From the NCBI RefSeq assembly GCF_001194135.2, contig NC_068983.1:158044842-158108841 (forward strand): 64,000 nt of DNA. Direction: 5' to 3'. The notes below the pieces were generated by a model. The model worked only from the letters and a program-made list of their open reading frames with translations, ran no database searches and was not told where the DNA came from. Shown here piece after piece: positions 42,412 to 56,899 of this stretch (positions within the stretch are counted from its first letter, which is position 1; each line of letters starts with the position of its first letter). Source of the DNA: Octopus bimaculoides (Eukaryota). Made by a program: the position numbers and the translations under genes.

Positions 42412-43801
42412 AACAGGGTGGACGTTGTCTTACAAGTAAAAGTGTTAGTAAATGTGGTCGGATTGACCTGAAAATTTGCACACCTATTTTAAAAGTGCTG
42501 GGGAGTTTGCATGGCACCTTAGAGTTTGCTCAATTGAAAGGTGTGGCTTCTAGGGCAAAATTCCTCATCTTTAAAATGTGGCCCGAGTATATACAGGAGT
42601 GGCGTTTGCTGCTATCGTTTAAGACTAGAAGCGGGCTAGCATCATGTGCATCTTTTTAAGACACTAAGTGAAATTTTAGGGAGATATTATGTGCTATTTC
42701 TACCTTGTAGTGTGATTATATACAGATAATTTCTTTTGAATCACTGCCATAGACTGAATTGGAAACACGAATCTATTATTTTGCCCTTATCAACCCTAAT
42801 ACGTATTAAACATTTATCATTAGAAACAGACGGACTGAAAGTGGTGGATTAGCAGCGTCAACAGAGCATCGAGCAAGAATTTTTCGAGGTATGTTTTTTT
42901 TTTTTTAATATTTTGAGTTCAAATTACGGTGGGGTTAACTTTACTTTTGTTTCCTCCGGGATCAGTAAAATAAGGTTCTTTTTCTCCGGTGTCAGTAAAG
43001 TGAGGATCGATTTAAGCGATTAAGCCCTCGCACAATATTTCAGCTATTGTCGAGGGTGGTGCATTTGTAGGATCTTATAGTGTATCCCATTATGAGTTCA
43101 AATTCTGCCGGAATCATCATTGACTGTTATACTTCACTGCTTGATAGAAAAAAGTACCTGTCAAGTATTGAGGTCAATATTATTAACTATGCAGACCCAC
43201 TCGAATGAATTTAAGGCTTCTTGCCTATATCAGAAAGTATTAGTATTTCTTCTGAGTAAATGAACAGACATTTGTCTTTTTAAAGCACACTCACTTCCAA
43301 ACTATTTTTCTAATGGCTTTAAGATAGTTGTTCTAGTTGGTGAATGTATAAAACTATTTCCTCTTTTAATGCTTATTGGTTGTGGTTATGTGCCATCGAA
43401 AGTAAAAATCTGTTTCTCCCTACCCCTAAAAATCTTCGTCTCTTTGTTCATAATGTATATTCTTTCAATTTTTTATTGGTTCCAGTCAGATGGAACTGCT
43501 TCTATAATCTCCCAGGAAACGTAATATATTTATAATATGTTGAATTTATATTAATTCATTTTTTTTTTTTTTTTTCTAAAATGCATGAAAACTTCACTGT
43601 AATTCTCAATCTATAAAGCTATTTTGATCTGTGCCCTATATTTCAATAAATTTTCTTTATCATTAAGTTTCGGTTTGGCACATCAGACTCTACAAAGACC
43701 CGTATAAGGAAAAAGCAGATGAATTTTGTAAGGTTGGTACTCGTTTCGAAGCCATTTTGTCATACGTAAAATGAAATGAATTGAATAAGAATCAGACTTG
43801 T

Positions 43802-44377
43802 GGATCTAAGACAATTCTCTGTAAGGCATTTCGCCGTAGGACAATTGGCCGTAGGACTATTTGCCGTAAGGACATTTTGTAATAAAAATAAAAAATAATG
43901 ACGGTCATACACTTTATCTAAAAATAATGAAAGTCATACACTTTATTTAATAAGTTAAGCTAAAAAACTAAAAAGTTAAAAATCATGTAAGTTCATTACA
44001 ATTGCATGCAAATAATGTCCTTGATTTTGATCGTAACCTCTAGCAATGCTTAGTATGCGCTTATAAGCATCTTTGTATTTTTTGTTGGTTGCGGTTTCTC
44101 TTCTTGCTGCATCGTTCACCGTCTTTTTAGAAAGAGGTTTTCTCAAGACATTGAGAAATGATCTTTCTCACATTTAAATCACCTTTCTGTTTTTAAATTA
44201 TCATTTTAGCAATTACCGAAAATGACTACTGTAAATACTGTGCCTTTATCTACCTTATTTAATTAACAACACAATTTCAAGTTTCTGAGCTTTACGGTAA
44301 AATGTTCTTGCAGCAAAATATCTATATGACGAATAGTGCTACGGCGAATTTGTTTACGGCAAATCATCCGGTCATCC
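43802..44377 (-). mobile_element. Internally deleted Mutator-like (MULE) DNA transposon
   Basis: Imperfect TIRs of about 80 bp starting GGAT, built of 15-16-bp subunits (ttcgccgtaggacaa-like). The internal minus-strand frame KKYKDAYKRILSIARGYDQNQGHYLHAIVMNL resembles MULE transposase C-termini. TSD decayed. Confidence 0.7.
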
Positions 44378-46928
44378 AGACCTCAACTTTTTCAGTTATA
44401 GTAATGTTGTCAGTTTCTTCCTTAAAACTACTTATCCAACAAGCAGGTCCTACACACACACACTTTCTCACTCACATAATACAAAGCTAGGTACACTTAT
44501 AATCACTAATTACACTCATACATATTATACGTATATGGATGTTGTAACGCTCACGTATATACAGTTATTCTTTTACTTGTTTCATCCATAGGGATGCTGC
44601 TGTTCTGGGACACCATCTTGAAGACTTTAGTCAACCAAATCGCCCCTGTGCTATATGTGTGTGTATAATTTTTAAAATTTTTTTATTTAGCAATGTGAGA
44701 AGACAGAGTTGTTGTTTAGCATCAGTCAGCCATTTTACTTATTTTGCTCCCTTTTTATCGAACCACAGTTTTCGTCTATCAAATTCACTGGGAAGGCATT
44801 AATTAGTAGAGAACACCTACCCATAGAATTATAGAGCTGGAGTCGTATGTTTCAGGAGAAAAATTATTTTAAAAGAATTATTTCCATATATACGCTCTCG
44901 CGACGCTATCCGTTGTTTTATTGTGGGCCATATTCTGAAGAGACGAATGTCCATTCTGATTGACGCACAAATTAATTTTAATGTTGCCACATTGTGGAAA
45001 ATGAAAGCTGCATCCCTTTAAAGGTAAGTGCTAAGTGTTGCACTATATTTTTCATGCAAAAAAAAAAAAAAATCAACGCTTAAATATTGGAATTTTCTTT
45101 TTTAAAATTTGAATCTATTAGAAAGGAATAAAAGTTGTACTTTGATTCAAAATTGTTCTTTCGATTCTTTATTATAAATATAGATATCTTCAGTTCTATT
45201 AAAAAAAAACTCGTTTATATATATTTTTTTGCGACTTCATATTTATGGCTTCAAATTTATTGACAGCTCATGCATGATGTCATATCTAACCACATCTACT
45301 TTAAACAGAAAAAATGCGGCGACATTCTGTTATTTAGATGTTGCACATGATAATGGACCAAAGACCAATGTTTCTGCATATCACACAAGAGCTTATAATA
45401 ACAGAGTTAATGGTATATACAAAAGAAATTATTGTATATTGATATACACATCGGCAAATGAATTTGTAAAACGGCGCAATTATTAGACAGACTTTAAAAT
45501 ATCGACTATCCTTACACATTTGGAATGTTTTTTTATTCATTCCCATAAATACTAATGTTCCATCTAAATATATAAAGCTGGTAATTCCCTTGCACACCCA
45601 TAAGTTTTGTTTTAGAGAACTGAGACCCTACTTCATTCCACTTTGAGATAAGATACAAACTACTGAAGTTCCTTTAACGTAGAAAGAAAAGTTGTTACTG
45701 TTCGTTCTAGATATATACTCCTTTCTGTCCCGCTGTCTGAGTTGAGATAAGGTATTTATATTAGCTTCTGCATCTCATATAAAACTCAAAGATTTTTGAA
45801 GATAGAGCAATAGGTTGTTAAATGTTTTGTTGTCGTTGAGTATATTGTAAAGCAATAATCCCGAAAAGTTGTTGGATCCTTAAGTGAAGATATGTGGTGT
45901 TAATCTCGCTTAAATGTATTCTAAGTAAAGCCACACTTAACCAAACGCTCTATGGTACACATCCTATCACCGGTGGTGTGTTGTCATTTTGACCAGTCAG
46001 TCAAGCAGGTACTAGGAGGTGTTCTTCACCTGAAGCAGTAGATGTTCAAATCTTTTTAGTTTGCAGTGTTATATTAAAAACTTCTCAATTTTGGATGATA
46101 ATGGTAGTCATTAAGATTATGATTAGTCTAGTTTTCAACTATGGAGCTTCCTTCCTGAAATTAACTTCTTTCTTTACATGGAAGAAAATTGAAACCGTGG
46201 CGTTCATTTCATTCCGAAGTCTTGGTAATATGAAATAAATCTGCATCAGCTGGCATTTGAAAGTAGTTTACAGACAAACTTTCAACCTCAGAATTCTAAA
46301 ATATATTCATTTTTGTCTTTTTTGATGACACACTGGAACATTTAGCCAAAACAGTCTAAGTTTATTAGTGTTAGTGAAGAATTAAAGTATGTTCTGTTAC
46401 TGGAAATGACATGTAAGGTGTTTTAATGTAGAAGGAGAAATAAATTTTGATAGCTGTTGCTTTAGCAAGATTATCAGTGACATAAAATAGTTTGAACTGT
46501 GGATCGACACAGATTTGCAGACTTGTCTTTCTTCAAAATTACTTAGCTTTAGCCTAACTCTAAAATCTCAGAAGAAACGTCCAAGAGATCAGAATTATGA
46601 AACATTAACTGAATAAAACCATATTAATGGCTTCCATAGTTTATAGAATCAAAAAGTATCCTTGTTTTAGATCACAGACCTGAAGCAGCGTTGACATAAT
46701 CTTCCAAGGGTCAGTAGAGTATGCAGGGCTTGATAATACTTTAGGAGTCATAACGGAAGGGACTATAGACGATCAAGAGTTCCTTCAGTGATTGACAAAC
46801 GAAAAATATTTGCAGACGCTGATTAAATCTGTTTGATCTTCGCACACCAAAGTAACTGGATAAATAAAATATATTTTGTGGGGAATTTCAACCATGTTTC
46901 GTGGTCTGCTACCACAACAGCTCCTTTA

Positions 46929-47276
46929 TAGGATCCAGTTAGCTCAAGACATCATCAGGAGGAACCACGTCTGGTTTCGGCCCCTACTCCTCTACCGTTT
47001 TGACGTGGCGGGGCCACCCCCTTTCGGAGGTGTCTTCGGCTCTGGTGTTGGGTGCATGTCTTCTTTCACTGTTTGTGACTGTTCTAATTCAACTGTGGGA
47101 TGTCCCTCGCTATGGTTATTTTCCAGGAGGTTCTGGCCACACGTCTTACGGTTCATCAACCCGCGTTGTTGAATTACTTTCTTCTGACATACCTTCCCTT
47201 GGTGGATTAGGATCCAGTTAGCTCAAGACATCATCAGGAGGAACCACGTCCGGTTTCGGCCCCTACTCCTCTACCG
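46929..47276. repeat. GC-rich segment bounded by 69-bp direct repeats (46929-46997 and 47208-47276)
   Basis: The repeats differ at one base; offset 279 bp. Confidence 0.9.
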
Positions 47277-47847
47277 AGTGACTTCAAGTTCAATATCCTT
47301 CAGCATCAATAAAAGTATTCTGAGGTCAAGTCATTTGACTATTCTTACTCTTCCATCATATGCACTATACTATTTACTAATGAGATATATACATAAGCTT
47401 TTCTTTGTAATTAGTATCTTACTAGTATTGAAAAAGATCTGTCTTTAGAAAGTCAACAGCTCTTTACCGATTGCTAATACTATTTTACCTGCCGCTCTCA
47501 ATTCAATGTGTTAGACACCAAACAATTTTTTATATCAACGAGCCAGTTCTCCTTTGCAACTTTTTACTGAACGAAATGACTAGAATACATCTCAGAACCT
47601 GTTCCCGAAAGAAATCCACTCTCCAAAGACCGACAACTAATCGAATTTATAACTTACATTTCAAAGTGACGATTTGGTGCATCGAATGGTAGTGAAATCA
47701 TTTATGTACACTTTGTATTTACACTTGTCCCTCTAAGTTCAAATTCCGCTGTGGTAAAATTCTCATTTTATTCTTTTAGGATAATTAATATCACCATATT
47801 ATATATGTACGGAGATGGATTAGATTAACAATATTCGCTCCCTAAAA

Positions 47848-48063
47848 AAGACAGCGAGCTGGCAGAAACGTTAGCACGCTGGGCGAAATGCTTAGCGGTA
47901 TTTCGGCTGTCTTTACGTTCTGAGTTCAAATTCTGCCGAGGTCAACTTTGCCTTTCATGTTTTCGGGGTTGATAAATCAAGTACCAGTTGCATACTGGGG
48001 TCGATATAATCGACTGCTCCCCCCCCCCCACCAATTTCGGGCCAAGTGCTCTGAGTAGAAAAG
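47848..48063 (+). mobile_element. Monomeric SINE family A with TSD of about 18 bp
   Basis: TSD aatattcgctccctaaaa (47830-47847) / aatattcactccctgaaa (48064-48081). Confidence 0.9.
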
Positions 48064-49426
48064 AATATTCACTCCCTGAAAGATATACGAAGACATAAGT
48101 TCCAGTTAAGACTTTTTAGAACAAATTCGATTCGTCATTGCATTAATTTCAACGAACCTATTTTCAAATAGAATATTTGTTTGATAATCATTTTATTGGA
48201 AAAGACGTTTTAATATCTTCTCGGTAAGGTTGTGCTGTATTTCACCAAAACATTCAGTGCAATGATGTCGTACTATCTCGGCCAATTCTATTGCGAGAAG
48301 TCTTAATGAAATTGTATGGCAAACGTACATTCTTGGGTATTAGCAAAATATGTCATACTTAGAAGGCATTGTGTTCCAGGATGGTCGTTCGGTGATCCAA
48401 TTTGTAATTATGTATTGCATCTGAGCCACCTCCTCTAAATATTTGTTAGTGTAGTAGTCATACAGAAAATGCAAACTCTTAGGCTTTTAGAATTACTGGT
48501 GATAATCCAATACAGAGACAAATTCTAAAATTACAAGCTAAAAATCATATTCGTGTATATACTTACATGTGCTTAACGTGAGTAAAAAATATGTTTAAGC
48601 CAATCAATATTACACCTGTATTGAAAAGAAAAAACCGTTAGCTTCAAATTTTCCTGCGCTTTTGTTTTGCATTTTTGCGTCAACTGTTTAGTAGAACAAT
48701 TGCAATCACGCCTTTAGTAACACTCAACACAAAATGAATCAGAAATCAAAACAAAAGCTAACAATCAAATAAACAATGAACACAGCTGAAGCTAGCGGGG
48801 AAAACAAAGTAAACTTAAAACAAATATTATCGAGATCAAAATGTTAAAGGAAACAAACACAAATGTAAAGCAGGTGATTTGGTATTGTTAGAAAGGTTTT
48901 AAAACATAAGGGTATAAGTGTATATATAGCTGTATAGATGACAGGAAATATAAACTTCGCATATCGATGGCACAAGTGGTATATTATAAGGATGTCTCAA
49001 AGTTTAAGTGGAATGAAATATTTTGAATAAAAAGCAAAAACCCCTAATTTGTGGCTTTGTCATATACTATAATACTCTGTGATAAAAATCTGAAAACCAT
49101 GATTCTCATTCCCTCATTGTTCTGGAATAAGGTATTTCGTGTGGACTAATAAATGTTTGAAGACCATTGACTTTTTAAAAACTTATTTGGACAGATGAAT
49201 GGCAGAATGGTTTGCAGTATACTACCACGGCCACTCTTTGCCTGCATGGACATTCACGATATTCATGCAAGCATCGACTTGTTTTAATATAATGTATGTG
49301 TACTGCTATGATATTTGTTTAAAATATTACAGGAGTGCCCAAGATATGCAGAGTCGTAACGGTGTCCCTACGACTTGAGAGTCCCATTACCACAACGATA
49401 TGTACAAAAATATTAGCATATATAAA

Positions 49427-49471
<45 letters not shown>

Positions 49472-49659
49472 GCACATTTAAACATTGGAATGCTTTCAAT
49501 ATGTTTGTAATCTGCTTATGCATATATTTATGCTCATGTATATGCAGGGTGGTTTTAAAACACACCCATTACACATTAATATTTTATTTTCATTTATTGG
49601 AAAGAGATATTTTTTTTTAGAATGGAGAGAGAGAGAGAGAGAGGAGCTGTTACCTTGTC

Positions 49660-50450
49660 ACAAAGCTATAAACTGATTCAGGGTGGAAGGGGTTGAAATT
49701 AATTTGTCTTCTGAACATACTCGCAACGGATGTCTTTTATCAAACCCAAAGGAATGGAAATAATAATAAAAATAAACAAGGGCGTTTACTTTTTGTTTAA
49801 CCATCTTGTACATATGAATGTACATATGTCTATAAAATGTTATTATTGGTATTACTGAAAGTGGCGAGTTCTAGCTTGCCGTCTCGAGTTCAAATGCCGC
49901 CGAGGTTGACTTTGCCTTTCATCCTTCGGGGTCGTCGAAATAAGCATCAGTCAAATACTGGGTGGGGGAGGATTGATGTAATCGACTAGCCTCCTCCCTC
50001 AAAATTTTAGGCCTCGTGCCTTTAGTAGAAGGGAGTTTAGTCGGTGAGATGGCGGAATGGTTAGTACGTTGGACAAAATGTTTACCGATATTTCTTTCGG
50101 ATGTTTACCTTCTCTGTTCAAATCCCACCTCGATCAACTTTGCCTTTCATCTTTTCGGGGTTGATAAAAATAATGTACCAGCTAAGCCCTAATGTCAATG
50201 TAATCACCTACCCTACCTTCATTACTGCTACCTTGTGACAAAAATTAAGAATAGTTATAATTCTAAGGGCGAGGAAGCGTCTGAGAAATGTTTTGCAACA
50301 TTTGTACTGCCTCTTTACATTCCGAGTTCAAATCCAGACTAGGTTTACTTTGCTTTCACGCTGTCTAGGTCGATAAAATAAGTACTAAGGTGTATATAGT
50401 CGACTATACCTTTTCCCCAAATGTCAGGACTTGTGCCTGTACGCATGTCT
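49660..50450. mobile_element. Cluster of decayed SINE family A copies
   Basis: At least three partial bodies with the Deu-like core. Confidence 0.75.
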
Positions 50451-51774
50451 GAACGTATGTATGTATGCATGGTGGAAGGGGAGGAATGGGAGATATGTAG
50501 ACGAAAGAGAAAAAAGTATAATGTATAAAATTCCCATATCTATAGCAGCAGCAACGACATTTTAATGCAAATACTATCGTTTTCAGTCCTATCAAATTAA
50601 CAAGTCATCTTCTGGCTTCAGGAAATTAATAGGCACTCTTGTTGAAACTGGTGAAAACACAATGGTTAAATACTTCTAATTTAACCTCTTAAAGGTATCA
50701 CTTGTTCATAAGAGCTGGCCTGTTAGGTGCATGTGTCAATCAAGTTAGATAGTGGAGGCAAAATATATAATGAAAAAGATCAGGAAGCTACGTATAGGGT
50801 ATCAGGTTATCTTTAGAATTAACTCAGTTCAACTGTGCTTAATGGGTATTATAGTAATTATAGGTGTTAAATATTGCCTTAAAAGCAGAGAGCGTCAGGA
50901 GTTGATAGAAAGATGAATAATGGGAAACGCTAAGTAAAAGAATATCATTGTAAATACTGTGGTCATGAGAGTTGTTTCATTGTAACTGCGGAAATAATTG
51001 TGTTTTTATTGAATATATAAAAGAGTCCCTAGTGTTACGATCGACTAGCCGATTTTATAATGTTTCTCGCACGTCTCCAGGTACATCGAAAAATATTTCG
51101 TTTACTGCTTTTTCTTAGTTCAAGTCTTCTATTTGTGTGTTGAAGGAAACGGATAATTACCTTTCCAGAGGATCTTGCATTAAATTACTTCCGTTTAAGT
51201 CAAAACACCCACCAATGCTTCAATGACCAATCTCATTATACATGTTTACTGAGAGCATCCTTAGATTTCTGTGAGTATTGGAAAGAAATTGAAAGATTCG
51301 CTACAGAACAAATCGTAATTCATAAAACTAGTTTCATAAGCTAGTCTACGTATTGCTTTATCTAAGTGGATGTATGTGTACAGATAAATTTGATTTTGTC
51401 ACATTATAGTTCCATTTTATAAGAATCATTATTTTAGTAATTTCAGTTCTGTAGTGCAGCAAGCAATTTTTGTTTGTTGTTTTGTTCAAACTTCAATTGC
51501 TATATTGCGATCGGGTTAAGTAGAAGTCTTATTTTGGAAGATACATGTTTCCTGTTAAACTGTTCATGGTATTCTATTTAAATAAATGAATAGAAACTAA
51601 ATGTTGGCAAAGCTTAGTTGTAGAAATTGAAACATACTGTGGTTTATTACGTTGACGAAATCATGAATTTTAATTTTTTATTAAATCATGAATACAGGTT
51701 ACGTTTGGATATAATATCTACGGTTAGAAAATATTTTTCATGAAGTAACATAAAATAGGTAGGTCTGTAAACTA

Positions 51775-51980
51775 CCTGCACGTCGGTGCGTCGTGTTCTC
51801 GAGCAAAAACATTTCATTTCACGTTGGTTCGACTGAAAATAAGTCCCAGCAATAACTGGAGTCAGACCTGCGACAGACTGCTGTCCCGTTCAGGAAAAGG
51901 AAGAATATTGTACTTTTGGTGTAAAGGAAACTAGGTTACGCTCCGGCTCTGTTGACTCGTGACAAACGTAGGACTCTAGA
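51775..51980 (+). mobile_element. SINE family C fragment (V/Meta-like core)
   Basis: gtgttctcgagcaaaaacatttcatttcacgttg..cctgcgacagactgctgtcccgttcagg; related to 1650-1760 and 28375-28590. Confidence 0.5.
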
Positions 51981-52236
51981 AAAATGATTAACTCGACTGA
52001 ATTCTGCTTGAAATAGACAAAATGTCATTCTGAATATAATTTTCAGATCAAATTTTCAATACATTTGTTTCAATATATTGAGCATTAATTTCTTACATTA
52101 GTACTTGACTTGTAACAAGAGGATTTTATTGGGAAGAGATATGGTCAGTTCTATCGACCTTGTAAAAGTCTACTACTTAACGAGAGCGCATGAAAAGAAA
52201 ATAAATTCAGATTATACAAGAGCAAAATTAAAGTGT

Positions 52237-52281
<45 letters not shown>

Positions 52282-54081
52282 GCACTTGGTTTTCCGTCGG
52301 TTTCGACGATGAGGATTCAAGTGTTCAATGACTCAAATTACCTTCACAGTGAATTAAAGTGTAACTGTTTTAAAAAATATAAACGCTACAAAACATTGAA
52401 AAGTATGTAAAATAATACTTGAGGTCGAAAATAAACAAAAAAATTTACAATAAGCCATTAGAAAATATCTTCTCTTTGCGTATCTTTATTAAACTTGCTT
52501 CTTATATGGATAATACTTTTTAACAGTATTGACTGTATTCCAGTAAATCTGGGATAATTCTCTGTATTCCAATGGATACTATTGATGAAAGGAATAGGAT
52601 ATGATGTAATGTTGTCAAGTGACTGAGATGGTCTTGAAGATTACCTTCTGGTATCAAGTATAGTCACTAGAATTGGTAGGGTTGAGAAAATCTGTATCAA
52701 CATTAGCGGTACACTGTAAGAAATTGAATGTTTAACTAAACAAAGATTTAGTAATAAAGGTAATCAGTACTCTTGTATTCTAAAACTGTGATGCATCAAT
52801 TATTTCTACGACTAATTTAATAGCACTGCGTTCTCTTTCACTTTGGATATTATGTATTTTCAAATGCAATGTATGAATTATCTACTAAATACTTTATGTA
52901 TTTAAAGGAATAAAGTGACTAACAATACATTGAGCTCTGCACGGTGTTATCATCTATGTGGAAATGTGAAAGATTGCAAAAGTTGATAAAACATAATCAG
53001 TATATAAAAATAAATATCGTAGCAATATACTATACTAGTTTCAAGAATAATCCAAGAGACTGATTGAAAAGATCTAGAGTGATATATAAAGTACTGATAG
53101 ATAGGAACGATCGATATGTACAGATTATAGAAATTAATAGACTAGATAGTGTTCTCAGCAACAGTACGAGATTTAAAGTTCAGGTTTAAAACAGACAAAA
53201 GTGCATATATGAACAACTTATGAATAATATAAAAATTCTGTTCAACAATAATTCTATAACGTAAAATTTATACTTGATGCATTTAATTGCTTCATATTTG
53301 TTGACGATGGAAATTTAGTCAACCAGTCTGGGTCTCTTTTCGAATTAATTTAGAATTTTTGCTTCACAGTGATGAAGTTGAAGCTATTAACTCACAAACT
53401 ACTGGATCAAACTTTTGAGCCCACCATGGTATGCTAAATATGCTAAAGTATACATATTGTCAACTCAGCCTTGCAGCGTAAGACAGTTTTTTAAAAAAGT
53501 ATTATGAATATACGAGCAGAGCTATATATACAGTGAGAGAAAACATCAAACACACACTTCAACACATAAACTATCAAATTTTGGCGTATGTTGTATGTAC
53601 GCATGCATAAGCACACACACACACACCTTCTACATCATACATACTCCAGATGAAAGTTGTCATTCCTGTTTATCAGGTAGTATATATCTTGTATTTTACT
53701 TGTTCTGTTAGTGATGACAAGTGTACCAGAGAGAGACAACATCGGGAGTTTAACGTCTGATGAACAGTAAAAAACACAAAAACAAAATGCCTTCCATGTT
53801 ATCCGTGTATTCGTACATCACACTAATTTCACATTTTTTGTGTGTTCGTTTTGCACACAATGCTACTCTAATAGGTTGTAATTCTGAGTGTTGTTTGTAG
53901 TCAACATATATTCCATATATATTGACCTCAGAAAAGAAAAGTCATCTCTGGTAAAAAGAAAAAAAAACAAAACAAATTTATGGAGACATAAAAGTAGTCA
54001 ATACAGATGCCTTACATATTCACCACCGTCTATTCCTGGTGATTGTTAAGTATAAGGATTTCTTAAAGTAGGTAATTAAGC

Positions 54082-54164
<83 letters not shown>

Positions 54165-54310
54165 CCCAAAATTAAAAATAAACCGTAAAACATCACAATT
54201 TACACATTGGAAAAAAAAAATTAAGGCGAGTAGTTTAATATATGTTCAATAAATACGCAATAGCTTATGTGAAGGCAAGTTTATTTTGTTAATTTACGAT
54301 CGAATTTTCT

Positions 54311-54720
54311 AAGGCGGCGAGCTGGCGAAAGCGTTAGTGCGCCGGGCGAAATGCTTACCGGTATTTCATCTGCCGCTACGTTCTGAGTTCAAATTCCGCC
54401 GAGGTCGACTTTGCCTTTCATCCTTTCAGGGTCGATTAAATAAGTACTAGTTACGCACTGGTGTCGATATGATCGACTTAATCCGTTTGTCTGCCCTTGT
54501 TTGTCCCCTCTGTGTGTAGCCCCTTGTGGGCAGTAAAGAAAATAGAAACGTTAGCACGCCGGGCTTAACAGTAGGTCGTCTATCCTTACGTTCTGAGTTC
54601 AAATTCCACCGAGTTCAACTTTTCCTTTCGATAAAGTAAGTACCAGTTGCGTACTGGGATTGACCTAGTCGAATGGCCCCTCCCCGCCAAAAGTTTTGGG
54701 CCTTGTGCCTAGAGTAGAAA
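54311..54720 (+). mobile_element. Composite (dimeric) SINE A: monomer with LINE-like tail plus second monomer
   Basis: Same architecture and junction (..cttgtgggca[g/a]taaagaaa..agaaacgttagc) as 63071-63501. Confidence 0.85.
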
Positions 54721-55354
54721 TAAAATTACCAACATGATTTTAACCTTAGTCTTCTTGAAGTTTACGAAGACAATCTCGTTATTTTTCTTTTATGTTTCCA
54801 GGTCGAATCGTATGCTTTCTATTTTGAAAGTCGCTGCAGTCTCGGGCAAAGCAATTCAAAGTATGATTATGCAAAAGTATACCATATAAAGTATCAATTT
54901 ACAAAGTCTAAGAAAATCTTCATCTATTTCTTCTTTTTTTTTATTTGTCTGATACTAAAATAACATTTCACAATAAAAGTATTTTCTCCTTAAGTATTGT
55001 GTTCGTTAATTAAAAAAGAAGACGCTATATTCAACATCATAATCCAATTTTCAAGCAAAACAATGTCATATCACATTTAATTATATACAGCATAAATATT
55101 CTGCAGGTGTATGGAGAAAGAGATACATATAGATCAAAATATATTCATTCGAGATTCTCTCACTCTGTCCGTCTGCCTGTCTCTCTGTCTCTTTCTCTCC
55201 CTCCTTCTCACTCTGTGTCTACCTCGTCCTCTTTTTTCTGTCTGTATTCCTTGGTTTCTTTCTGACATATCTCTTCCTCGCTCATAGTTTATAATAGTGT
55301 CAGTATATGTTATTATTTAAACTATTTTAGATATTACTATTAATGCCGAGATAT

Positions 55355-55406
55355 GAGAAAACTCCACAATACGAGAAAACTCCACAATACGAGAAAACTC
55401 CACAAC
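55355..55406. repeat. 18-bp tandem repeat x3 (gagaaaactccacaatac)
   Basis: Directly visible. Confidence 0.95.
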
Positions 55407-56265
55407 TCATTTCTTAAGAAGCGTTCAAACTAATATATTTTTGATTCTTTAAATTTGAAGATTTGTCATTGCTTAACGATTAAATAAAATAGAATACAAC
55501 CAGTATAGAGCAAGAATCGTTTTTTTTTAAAAAGCGCAAGAAATAACTACGAATTTTAAAAATTAAGATAGATGTGTGAAACAGAGTGAGATAAAAACAG
55601 ACGGTAAAGAGCTTTTGATATAAACGCTTTATGGTCGAAACTTAGAGTAATGAAGAAAAGTGATTTAGGCAAGAAATCAGGGGTCTTTCATCTTTTTATG
55701 ATTAATAAAGTAATTAGCAGTCATGTCTTAGTTTGGTAACATAAATGCTAGTTTTCTATTCATCTATACACCCTCATAGCCAGTGGGATATCGAGATGCT
55801 GGGATGAAGTCATCTGCAACTATATACAAATATAATTATTATGTAACATTTTATCTTCGTGTATTCGTTTGACGGCTAATGTTGGATATATCGTAATAGA
55901 TGAGAACCTCGTTCGAAATCTTGGTTATATCCATTCGTGTATGGCATTGTGATGATCGATCAAGAAAGAAAAGCGTCATTCAATACATATACACATATAA
56001 ATTAAGTTTTATCCACGTATCTATTCTATTAATACCCTATATAATGCCAATGAATGCTTTTTATAAAGTTTTTCCAAAGTATTTTTTTTATCAACCCTCC
56101 AAGTTTTATCTGGCGTTATAGAAAACTGGAAAATATTGTTGCTAGAAATGTGAAAAGACTATCTGAAAGTTATGTATTCCGCAACACAATCCTGCTAATA
56201 ACGATTAACTAGCCGATATGAATACCTTCTTTAAAAGCTATTCTATCCGAAGGTTTTGCGTAATT

Positions 56266-56307
<42 letters not shown>

Positions 56308-56628
56308 CATCAATGCAGATGAAACTTTATGCATAAAGATAGGAGTAAACGGTAAGGTATAACATATCTATAGAATCGATATATGGATAGGATTTACACT
56401 CTCCCAAAACAACTTATACAAATGTGTGTGTAGGGGAAGAGGGGATAGTCACGTCTGTTGCAGGCTTGTTGATGCTCAGCAAGTCCGATTCGGAACAAAC
56501 AAGCAAGAACATAGAGGCTGCATGAGAAGATAGGCTGACCAATGCTGGTCGTAATATCCTTGTCTTACCTCCAGTTTTCTCTTATCTGTAAGGATGGTCT
56601 TCTAAGGAGGCTGTTGCCCGGAAGACGC

Positions 56629-56659
<31 letters not shown>

Positions 56660-56899
56660 AATGTCGACAAAGAGAATGAATGCGCAACACCACATTGATT
56701 GATAAAATTTTATTTGTGCATTTGTGGTTTCATGTTAAGAGATTATCTTAATGTCTTAACAGTTTTCAAGCTGTTTGCGTAGAGGAATGGTGTTCGTCTC
56801 CATTTTGGATGAAAACATCATTATTTCATGTGATCGAATTGAAAATTCCTAAGATATTGAGATATATTCTTAAAATGAAAATAATGGTAGCCTTAATAC

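Noticed and set aside
43486-43520. RWNC peptide resembling the Wnt RRWNC motif
   Set aside because: Wrong strand relative to the candidate exon and lacks the preceding ECQxQF context.
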